A stretch of 23,438 nt of DNA, taken from positions 496,001 through 519,438 of the forward strand of contig JASTWF010000342.1 in NCBI GenBank assembly GCA_030390025.1, written 5' to 3'. Every line of letters starts with the position of its first letter. The first letter of the stretch is position 1. A program made the position numbers and the translations under genes. The notes beneath the pieces were generated by a model. It did no database searches and was not told the DNA's origin. It saw nothing but the letters and a program-made list of their open reading frames with translations. This document shows positions 10,091 to 19,061 of this stretch, piece by piece. The stretch is from Squalus acanthias (Eukaryota).

Positions 10091-11904
10091 ATGGCGACCG
10101 CGGCAGGACACTGGCAGCGAGAGGGTAGTGTGTTAGATTTTGGAATGACTGTACGAAATGTTATGCAGGAAAAGATAGCGGATTATGTGTTTGGAAAGGT
10201 TAATCTAACTAAGAAATGGATAAGTGAATTGTTAGCGGATAAGAGCCCACTAGAGGCAGCTGAAAGGTGGACAGATAGTAAAGAACATAGAAAGACACTT
10301 GAGAAAGCAGTCTGGCTTATGTGTTACAAAAGGCAGGTTCAGATTTCAAACCAGACCATTACAGCGCTAGTAGCTCGAATCAGTCATTTAGAGGGAGAAA
10401 TGGAGGAGAAGGTTTCTGGAGGGGAGGTGCTCATTAAGAATTTAAATGAGTTACACCAAGAAAGCCAGGAAGTCTCCAGTCACCTTAAAACAAGGATAGA
10501 TTATCTCGAGTGCCAGGTCACTGAGGCAAAATTGAATGAGAGCAGGTTAAAGGAAAGATGTAACCGCCAAGCTGCCCAGATAAGAACTCAAGAAGAGAGC
10601 TTGACGGGGGTTAGGGCGGCATATAAGTTGGCCCTTGAGGATAAGTTTCAGGGAGCCGATCATAGCGCCTGCCAAAGGGAGATAGAGCACCTCAAAAAGG
10701 CCGTGAACAATGCGAACGGCATGGTGTGCCTTATCAATCCGTCGGCGCACCAGCCGCTAGTAAATGAGAGATTTAGAAAATCCCCACCAAGTAAAGCAGA
10801 AGAAGTAGTAGCCACTGCGCCCTCCGCGCCACCCAGCTATTCAGAAACCTGGGTTAGGGAGGAAGCAATGGAAGAAACAAAAGAGCCCATTGAAAAAGAA
10901 GTAGGAAAGGGATCGTTATATCCAGTAACGGGTATTAAAAGGGGCCCAAGCAGAAACGGTGGGGAAGAACCGGGGGATCTCCTCGGACAGCTGGTGTTGC
11001 CTCACAGTTCACATCAGCTGAGAGCTATGATAAATCACGTACGGAAGCTGACCGAGGCAGACGACCCTTCCGTACATTTCAGAGAAGTTGAGCAAGCCGC
11101 AGCCATTAACGGCTGCGATGATGGGGAGACAGCAAAAATGCTGCTGTTCTCATTAGACAGCTCGGTCCTTCAGTGTCTCTCAGGCGAGAGCAAGAGGGGA
11201 ACCAAGAGTTATGAGGAATTAAAGAATGAGGTCCTGGAAGTGTTGGGGGCGAACGATGAAGGTCCGTTTGCTAGAGTGGGACAGACAGTGCAGATGGAGG
11301 GAGAACCCCCGAAGGTTTTTGCCGACAGGCTGTGGCCAGTATATGAGCGCAGCTGTCTAGGTGCGCCCGAGCGCGAAGATGTGGAAGGTTTAGCTTTAAC
11401 TCATTGGCTTAGGTGCATAATAGCCAACAGTTTACCAGCCGTCAGAGAGCAGGCAAAAGCATGGTTTGATCCCAATGACCCCAACATTACGGAAGAGTCG
11501 GTCTTGAATCGACTCACGTTAGGTTATCGCAATATAAGGGGTATGGCAACACGTCCCCTTAAGGGAAGAGTACATGAGGTACGACCCGCAGCCCCGTATC
11601 AAAGAGAGTGGCATCAGGAGGGTAATCGCGCCCCACAGGCAAGTAATGCTTGTTACGGGTGTGGGAAGACAGGGCACTGGCGCAAGCATTGCAGGAACCC
11701 TTGGAAGGATTCCAAGGATAAAAATCCCGCGGTCCGAGCCCAGGCGCCTGTCCCGGCTAAGGAAGCCAAGGCACCCCCCCCCCTCCCGACGACCTCGAAG
11801 CAGTGTTAGGAGCCATGCGCAAGCTGGTCTTGAATGCGCGTGGACAGGTGGCGGTCGCAACCGGCCCCGTAGGTGCCGCAGGACCGTCTAATAGTACCCC
11901 ATGA
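10091..11904 (+). CDS. gag: Gag polyprotein (ORF track stops at 11809; probable true stop TGA 11902-11904 after a 1-nt indel near 11772)
   Basis: Coiled-coil N-terminal half, PSAPPSY (10820-10840), LYP (10916-10924), capsid-like helical region, single CX2CX4HX4C knuckle CYGCGKTGHWRKHC (11651-11692). The start may be ATG 10091 or ATG 10145. Confidence 0.88.
10092..10109 (+). promoter_or_regulatory. Primer-binding site complementary to tRNA-Arg(TCG)
   Basis: TGGCGACCGCGGCAGGAC is the reverse complement of GTCCTGCCGCGGTCG-CCA, the 3' end of vertebrate tRNA-Arg-TCG as I recall it. It lies 5 nt (GAAAA) after the LTR's terminal CA. Confidence 0.88.
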
Positions 11905-14900
11905 CTAGAACCGGCGCAGCCCGTCTACCTGTGTCCGCTTAGCTATGATGCGTGGAGGCGACCTGTGGTGGAGATGGAGGTAGAGAAACAGAAGGGTAGT
12001 TATTTGTTGGACACGGGAGCTTCTTGCACCATAATCCATACAGATAACCCTTTCGACTCGCCGCTATCTACCAAGGTCCCATTCACGTTAGCAGGGTTCA
12101 CAGGAAAAGAACAGGCTGGCACGTTTTCCCTTCCGCTATCCATTCGTTTAGGAACACTTCGCCTTAAGTGGAAGTGTATACTGATGGCATGGCAAAAGGG
12201 GGGTGGAAGAGGTATTCTCGGGTCCGATCTCCTAGCGGGACACGGGATCCTCGTGGACCTCAGAAATCACTGTCTCTGGGGGGCTAAAGGTGAAAAAGGC
12301 GAGGTAATAGTGATTCCGGGGGAGGAAGAAACAGGGGTCCTGTGTACCGTACAGCCATCCGGAGGCTACGACCTCAGGCTTATGGTCGCAGATGTCCCAA
12401 CGGACATGCAAACGTACGTGTCAGACAATATGCACGCGTTTGCAACCCACAAGCACGATTGTGGGAGGGTTGTCGGGTTTGAGGTCAGCGTAGATGGGGA
12501 CCCCATGACCCGACCCCAAAAGCAGTATAACTTCCCCAAAGAAGCAGAACCCGATATGGAGACAGCAATGTCCTCCCTGGTGCAGCAGGGCGTGTTGAGG
12601 CCAATAGCCACACACGTGAACTCCCCATTATGGCCGGTTAGGAAGCCGGATAATTCGTGGAGGGCCACGGTGGACTACAGAGTCCTTAACAGTAACATTC
12701 CCGCCTGCGCGCCCACAGTAGCAGCAGTTGCTGACCTAATAGGGAGCATCCCAGCGTCCGCGACCACGTTCACGGTGCTGGATATCTCGAACGGTTTTTG
12801 GTCCATCCCGCTGCGGCGAGAGGACCAGTACAAGTTTGCCTTTACTTTCAAAGGACAACAGTACACATGGAACTGTCTGCCACAGGGTTTCCACAATAGC
12901 CCCAGTATTTTTCATCAGTGTATGGCAGGAAGTTTAAAGGAGTTTAGTCAGCCCAATCAGATAGTACAGTATGTGGATGATTTGCTCCTATTTACGGACT
13001 CAAGGGAGGAGCACGGACCACTACTGGACGAGTTATTGGAGCTGTTAGCGAGAAAGGGTTTTAAAATAAACCCTAAGAAAGCACGTATCGGTCAGCGGGA
13101 AGTAAAATTCCTGGGACTGACCATACGCGCTGGGGAAAGAGCCATAGACAAAGCAAGGAGGGAGTCGGTGCAAGAATTACCGATTCCCAACAACGTGAGG
13201 GGTGTGAGGTCCTTCTTGGGACTGACCGGTTACTGCAGGGATTTTATCGAAGATTATGCGGCCACAGCAGCGCCGCTCCTCCGACTCCTCCATAAGGGGG
13301 TGGAGTGGCTTTGGGACGAGGGCTGCCAAGCAGCCTTCGAGAAGTTAAAAAGGGATCTGCAGACCGCGCCAGCCTTAGGGGCCATAGATGGGGGGAAGGA
13401 GTTTTTCCTGGAGGTAGCTGCCAGCGGAGACAGCTTAAGCGCCGTGCTGCTCCAAGAGCGTCACGGCAAGCTGAGGCCGGTTGTCTATTCATCCAGGGTA
13501 TTAACGGATGTGGAGAGAAGTTTCTCCAATTGCGAAAGGCACCTTTTAGCCACGCATTGGGCTGTGAAAAGATCAGCGATCTTCACAGGGCTCTCTCCCA
13601 TCACTCTCCTCACACATCACACACCAACTAAGATGCTTCTGGATGGGAGGATTAAAGACGGGACCGTAAGCAGCGCACGCATTGCGCGTTGGACCCTTCT
13701 TCTCTCCCAGTTGGATCTTAGAGTAAAAGGTCTTTGCGAGCCCAGGCTTGCGGCCAATCTGGTATACCCCGGTACAGCCCACCGGTGTTCGGTGGAAGGG
13801 GTGTGGGACGTCAACATAGGTTTACGGGCCGGGATACATCCCACTGGGCGCGAGATTTATGTTGATGGGTCTAGCACAGTATCTGCTGGCGAACGACTCA
13901 CAGGGTGTGGAGTTTATGACCCTGCGGCAGACCTTGCCCTGGCGATCAAGCTCCCTAGCACCATGAGCGCGCAGCAGGCTGAGCTGTCTGCCGTGGTGTA
14001 CGTTGTTACCCACCCAGACATTTTCCCAACCCCATACACGATTTGCTCGGACAGTATGTTCACCTGCAATTCGTGTACGGAATACCTGGCCATTTGGTCC
14101 CGCCGCGGATACACCTCCGCGGACGGGCGACCTTTAACGGTGAAGCCCTTGCTGGAAAAGATCTTAGCAGCAGCAGTAGGGGAGGAAGGAGAGATTTTCA
14201 TCCATAAGGTGAAAGCTCACTCCTCCACAGAGCCCCGTGGGGAGGGCAACCGGCAGGCGGATGCGCTAGCCAGGGAGGGTGCCCGCGACGGCACTTTCTG
14301 GAACCCCTATAGGACCGGACCCATAGCAGCGGTCCGAGGCGGGGACGGGAATCCCGGGAACACCAGGGTAGCATTGCCCCTGGACCTCAAGACCATCCAA
14401 ACCCAGGATCCCGCCCTAAAAGCAGTCCTAAAAACGATTGCTGAGGGGAGGCAGGTAGAAGGTCCGTACAGTACGGCAACCCTCTCAGTTAAGGAAGGCA
14501 TGCTGTTCCGCGAGGAGCAGTGGGTTGTGCCGCAGCAGCACAGGAGGGAATTCCTCCAGTTGGCTCACGAGGGACCAGGGGCAGGGCACCCCGGGCCCGA
14601 GGTTACCTGGCAACGGGTAGAGCAAGCGGGATGGTGGCCAGGGCTCAGGGAACAAGTCCGCGAGTTCTGCGCAAACTGTCTTGTGTGCGCTGCAAACAAC
14701 CCAGACCTCCAGAAAAGGAAGGTGCCCATGGGACACGTAAGAAGGGTAGAGGGACCATGGCAGTCGATACAGATCGACTATATAGGACCCCTGCCCACCA
14801 CCCAGGGAGGTTATAAGTACTGCCTCGTCCTGGTGGATGTGTTTTCCAAGTGGGTGGAAGCCTTCCCTTGTCGAACAGCTACGGCACTGGGTACAGCAAA

Positions 14901-15735
14901 AATCTTGGTCCGGGAAGTGTTCTCGCGGTGGGGACTCCCCCGTTTTGTGGAGTCAGACCAAGGGAGTAATTTCACCGGCCAGGTGATGCAGAACACCCTC
15001 ATGCTTTTGGGCATTGAAGGGAAGTGGCACGTAGCACACAATCCCCAGTCATCCGGGATTGTTGAACGTATGAACCGGACCCTGAAGGAGAAATTGAGGA
15101 AAGAGACTAGGAACTCGCCCCAAAAATGGGCGGAAGTTCTGCCTTTAGTCCTCATGGGGGTCCGGGCCAGTCAGTCAAAAAGTACGGGGTACTCCCCGCA
15201 CGAGGTAATGACCGGCAGGCTCATGCGAACCCCCACCCATGTGCTAGCCCCGGTGCTCACTGAGGGTCAGCTCCAAGAGATAAGCAGGGACAAGTTCGCC
15301 CAGACTCTCTTGGAGCGCCTGAAGCAAGTTTATGAGCAGGCGGCTGGGAACATGGGAAGGCAGCAACAGGGCAATCGCTTGTTGCTGGAACCCCGCAAAA
15401 CGCGGGAGTGGGAAGTAGGAGACCAGGTCATGGTCAGAAATTACGCCAGAGTAGGGAGTCTGGAACCACTGTATATGGGAGCCTACAACATTGTAGACAA
15501 GGCGAGTCCCATGGTTTACGCCGTAAAAGTACCACGGCGCACTAAGTGGTTCCACATAAACCAATGCAAACTGTACCAGCCAGGTGTGCAGGGGAAAACT
15601 ACAGGGGTAAATCCCGCCAATGGGAAAGCACAGCCCCAGGTAGGACCACAAGGCACACAGGCAGGCATAGCAGCTTGCATCAGGGGAAGGGACATCCCGG
15701 ACGATCATGCAGCGTTTTTCTGGAATTGGGGTTAG
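11905..15735 (+). CDS. pol: Pol: aspartic protease, reverse transcriptase, RNase H-like tether, RNase H, integrase; uninterrupted
   Basis: Frame open from 11905. Protease LLDTGAS (D 12010) ... GILGSDLL. RT LDISNGFW, LPQGFHNSP, YVDD (12970-12981). Tether FFLEVAAS (13411-13425) lacks the catalytic Asp. RNase H YVDGS (13858) / AQQAEL / SDS / KVKAH / GNRQADALA. Integrase HHCC (14566-14688), D14776, D14956-35-E15064, and a GPY/F-like YMGAY motif. Confidence 0.97.
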   Translation, partial: LEPAQPVYLCPLSYDAWRRPVVEMEVEKQKGSYLLDTGASCTIIHTDNPFDSPLSTKVPFTLAGFTGKEQAGTFSLPLSIRLGTLRLKWKCILMAWQKGGGRGILGSDLLAGHGILVDLRNHCLWGAKGEKGEVIVIPGEEETGVLCTVQPSGGYDLRLMVADVPTDMQTYVSDNMHAFATHKHDCGRVVGFEVSVDGDPMTRPQKQYNFPKEAEPDMETAMSSLVQQGVLRPIATHVNSPLWPVRKPDNSWRATVDYRVLNSNIPACAPTVAAVADLIGSIPASATTFTVLDISNGFWSIPLRREDQYKFAFTFKGQQYTWNCLPQGFHNSPSIFHQCMAGSLKEFSQPNQIVQYVDDLLLFTDSREEHGPLLDELLELLARKGFKINPKKARIGQREVKFLGLTIRAGERAIDKARRESVQELPIPNNVRGVRSFLGLTGYCRDFIEDYAATAAPLLRLLHKGVEWLWDEGCQAAFEKLKRDLQTAPALGAIDGGKEFFLEVAASGDSLSAVLLQERHGKLRPVVYSSRVLTDVERSFSNCERHLLATHWAVKRSAIFTGLSPITLLTHHTPTKMLLDGRIKDGTVSSARIARWTLLLSQLDLRVKGLCEPRLAANLVYPGTAHRCSVEGVWDVNIGLRAGIHPTGREIYVDGSSTVSAGERLTGCGVYDPAADLALAIKLPSTMSAQQAELSAVVYVVTHPDIFPTPYTICSDSMFTCNSCTEYLAIWSRRGYTSADGRPLTVKPLLEKILAAAVGEEGEIFIHKVKAHSSTEPRGEGNRQADALAREGARDGTFWNPYRTGPIAAVRGGDGNPGNTRVALPLDLKTIQTQDPALKAVLKTIAEGRQVEGPYSTATLSVKEGMLFREEQWVVPQQHRREFLQLAHEGPGAGHPGPEVTWQRVEQAGWWPGLREQVREFCANCLVCAANNPDLQKRKVPMGHVRRVEGPWQSIQIDYIGPLPTTQGGYKYCLVLVDVFSKWVEAFPCRTATALGTAKILVREVFSRWGLPRFVESDQGSNFTGQVMQNTLMLLGIEGKWHVAHNPQSSGIVERMNRTLKEKLRKETRNSPQKWAEVLPLVLMGVRASQSKSTGYSPHEVMTGRLMRTPTHVLAPVLTEGQLQEISRDKFAQTLLERLKQVYEQAAGNMGRQQQGNRLLLEPRKTREWEVGDQVMVRNYARVGSLEPLYMGAYNIVDKASPMVYAVKVPRRTKWFHINQCKLYQPGVQGKTTGVNPANGKAQPQVGPQGTQAGIAACIRGRDIPDDHAAFFWNWG

Positions 15736-16440
15736 ATGAGGAAGAATTCAGGGTACCCGGGTCAGATGAGGATAGTGCAGATGAGGATAGTGATGACGAC
15801 GGGTGGTTTCGGAGGAACGGTCCCCTTTTACGATATGGAGGGGACGGGGGCTGCAGGTAGAGATCCACACAGGGTGGACACACGAGCTGCAGGTCCCGAA
15901 GACAGGAGGGAGGAGCTAGAGGAGGCAGGGCCAGCCGCTATGGGAGCACAGAGAGTACCGGTGTGGCTCCCAGAGATGTGGCCGCCCGCTTTGAACGTCC
16001 AGTCCTCAGGGGAGGCAGAGATCACGAGTGAAGGGCCGCCTGCTGGGCCGAGCAGGGCGGAGCCACGAACTGCCAGCCCCGAGGTTAGGGAGGCGGAGTC
16101 AGCGGAGGCGGAGCCAGCGACTGTGATGGAACCCCAGGTCATCCCGATGGAAGTCTCGGAACCCGGTCCGTCCGTCACGGAAACCCCGCCCATAGCAACT
16201 CCCCGTAGGTCAAGTAGAGAACCCCAGCCCAGGAGGATGTGGTCATGTCCCCAGACTGCCCCAAGGCGAAAATTTAAGGTTAAGATAACCCAGATACAGA
16301 CCGGCCACATCGCAGCAGTAACAGGCTGCGGCAGATCAGAGGGAAGGGTCAGCGCAGCAACAGGCTGCGGCAGATCAGAGGGAAGGGTCAGTGCCCTCCC
16401 ACCGTCGGGAAGAGCTCGAAGCAGCCTTCTCAGAATTTAA
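15736..16440 (+). CDS. Unknown ORF between pol and env (234 aa, Pro/Glu/Ala-rich, basic C-terminal part); accessory gene or Pol C-terminal extension
   Basis: ATG immediately follows the pol TAG in the same frame. GC-rich, low complexity, with PRRSSREPQPRR and PRRKFKVK. An overlapping frame encodes an acidic run DEEEF..SDEDSADEDSDDD. Confidence 0.45.
   Translation: MRKNSGYPGQMRIVQMRIVMTTGGFGGTVPFYDMEGTGAAGRDPHRVDTRAAGPEDRREELEEAGPAAMGAQRVPVWLPEMWPPALNVQSSGEAEITSEGPPAGPSRAEPRTASPEVREAESAEAEPATVMEPQVIPMEVSEPGPSVTETPPIATPRRSSREPQPRRMWSCPQTAPRRKFKVKITQIQTGHIAAVTGCGRSEGRVSAATGCGRSEGRVSALPPSGRARSSLLRI
16321..16391 (+). repeat. 39-bp tandem duplication (about 1.8 copies) within orfX
   Basis: acaggctgcggcagatcagagggaagggtcag at 16321 and 16360; the period is a multiple of 3. 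Confidence 0.92.
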
Positions 16441-16725
16441 AGGGGCCGCCCTGAGAACGGGCGGCACTGTAAAGTAATAGTTCTAAGTTTTAAGTTTATC
16501 GTTCAAGGTTAAGTTTTATGTTATATTAAGGTTAAGTTTGTAGTGTTTTTAACAGAAAACGATAAAATGATGGGAGCTTTAAAGATAGGTTTAGTTGAAG
16601 TTTATTCAGCGAACGTTGAAGTTTACGTGAGGCGAGGTCAGGGGACCCGCTCACCCTTCACAAAAGCCAGAGACTCTTGCGAGGCTGGCTACCTCATTCT
16701 ATCTGATCACAGGAACCAAGGAAGG

Positions 16726-19061
16726 ATGGAACGAATTCTAGTATTGCTCGCGGCAATCGGATGTGGATTGGTCGCACCAAGGATGTCGTGGTGTTTGGAT
16801 GTTCCGGGGACACGGCCCCCATCGCGGTGGATGGGACCGGAAGACGGGAGGCAGAGGAGACCAGCACCTATTTCCACAAGGGAAGGTGGCCAGGATGGCT
16901 GGGAATGAACTCAACGGAGTATTCTAGCACATCGGGGTTTGCCTACAAAGAGACTTCTTTACTGTGCCCCAAAGTAAGGATCATCGCACCCAGGATCAGC
17001 GTCACCGTCGGCAAACGGATTTGTTTGACTTGTAGTGGGAAGGTCCCATTGAGCCGATGGTGGTGGCTGCGAAAGCTGAGCAAAACTATGAGGAACTCTT
17101 CGGTCGAGTGGGAACGACTGGGTAATAATACCATCGGACAATTACGGGGACAGACGGACAAGTGAAAGTCTGTTGGGACAAATGGTGGGAACCGGATGAG
17201 GGAATTTATGTATGTATGTGGGGGTCAAAGTACGTTTGCCCCAAGGCATCTCCATATTTTTTATTAATCAATGGCAGGATAACGGACAGGGGATGAGGTG
17301 GGATGCGAGCACCAGGGGGTGCGGAGCCCCATTCTCCCCGATCCCAGTAAATGCCACTGAGCTCATTACGCGCCCACGCAAAGCCCCGCCCGCGATTCCG
17401 GTGGTTCTAGCTGAGGAAGAAGGGTGCCCTAAAACTAGTAAGGACCCGGAATGGTTTGGTACTGGTCCCCACAGACCAGATATTATTTCAGGGGGTACAT
17501 TACGCGGTGGCCTCGGTGATTTTAAATCTCACTGAGGTGCGGTTACCAGAGTGGTGCCCCAAAAAGACGGAACAGTTGTACCAGGTCCTGTTGACCAAGA
17601 TGTTCAGACAATTTTACGAATTCGATTTCGCGGAAATTGATAAACAAGTTTGTACACCGCACCACAGGAAGTTTTGGATCAAGTAGGGAGGCAAAGAAGG
17701 GGTTTGGTGAACGATGCGTTCACTGCTTTTAACACAGGTACATCTGTGGTCAACGCTCTAGACAGTGTGGAGCTGCAGACCCAGATTAATGGTTTAAAGA
17801 CACAATTAAAGGACATTCTAACAGATGAGAATAAAGTGGTAGGGTCGGGTCTACACGAGGACCAAGCCATGACCCTCCATTTAAAGGAAATTATAGCAGA
17901 GTTGGAGAAACATGCAAAGACGGTAAATGCTCTGATTAGGGAAGATCGGAATGCATCCGATCAAGCTGCGCAGAACGAGGTGTGCGTGCTTTACGGGGCG
18001 TGGTTACTGGGCGAGGGCCGCAGTAATTTGGAGGATTTAAAACAAGGTTTGGTTCCGTCCTGGATAAGTAACAAACACCTGCGGGCGCTCCACCCTTTTC
18101 AGAACGCATTAAGTCCATGCCAGCTCAGGCTAGCTTCAGAAGCTTACCCAGTCCCCGTGGACTGCGGACGATCAAACCATACCATCATGGGTATAGTTTT
18201 ACGTATGCCGGTTTTGGGCGACACAGCAAAGCCCGCCCCGGTATATCGGGTAGAGAACATCGGTGTCATTCAGGGGGGAGCCCACATTCGTTATGCAGCG
18301 GTTCCACCTTACGTCATCCGCTGGGAGCAAACGATGACAGGTACAGATCTCTCTGGCTGTCGTGGCAGGGGAGCACACATAATACTGTGCCCCCAGCACT
18401 TGAATGCCTTTTTAACACCACAGTGCGGGTTCAGAACGACTGGCGCCAAGTCCATGAATTGCACCATGGAGGCAATGGCACAAGATCATGTGCCTCCGCA
18501 GGTAGCATACATCGGGGGTGGAACATATTGTGTTACCACTGCAGCGCAACACTACCAGCATGGAAACCGTAGCCGGTGTCCGGTGAGTGACAGCAGTTTC
18601 TGTTTTAAACCCAGGGCGGAAGTTCAAGTAGCACAACAGCGAATTATCCCAATCCCTGAACCATCCACTGTTCATCTCACAGTAAAGAGAATTTCACCGA
18701 CTTGCAGCGATTCGTCGCGCATTTTGGATACCTCATTCCCCCTCTCCCTGAACACCTCACCAAGCTTTTGAAAGCCGTCGCGGTGTCACAGAAACATTTT
18801 TATACATTAGAGCAGAAAACTGTCGAAATAGGAACAGACATTCTGGATATAGTAGTTCCACCGTGGTGGAATCTGTTCACCAATATTGAAGTACCTTCAT
18901 GGATCAGAATAGCCTCCCACATTTTAGTCGTATGCCAAGTTTTCATTGTAGTGTACCTATTGGTTGTACATTGTAAAAGAGACAAACGCCTCACCAAGCA
19001 TGAAAACACGGGAGAGTGGCGAGAACGTTACGTGCGCGTGCACGATGAGAGCACCGTGTAA
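16726..19061 (+). pseudogene. env: Env glycoprotein, frameshifted as given: signal peptide, Ig-like domain, F2-like segment, furin site, long F1-like fusion subunit, TM, tail
   Basis: MERILVLLAAIG signal peptide (ATG 16726, aggATGG). RQRR|GLVNDAFTAFNTGTSVVNAL (17689-17700) is followed by heptads and a Cys-rich block (DLSGC...IILCP...QCGF...NCTM...GGGTYCVTT...FCFKP). It ends with HRB/MPER-like PPWWNLF, TM ILVVCQVFIVVYLLVV and a basic tail. It must be stitched from six ORF-track pieces plus a short unlisted frame at ~17162-17220. Confidence 0.85.

Noticed and set aside
11965..11967. GTG start of pol given by the ORF track
   Set aside because: The frame is open upstream to the TGA at 11902, and Pol is expected as a Gag-Pol fusion.
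12366..15708. Antisense and alternative-frame ORFs overlapping pol
   Set aside because: Short ORFs like these are expected by chance opposite GC-rich coding sequence, and none has a motif. No evidence for an HBZ-like antisense gene.
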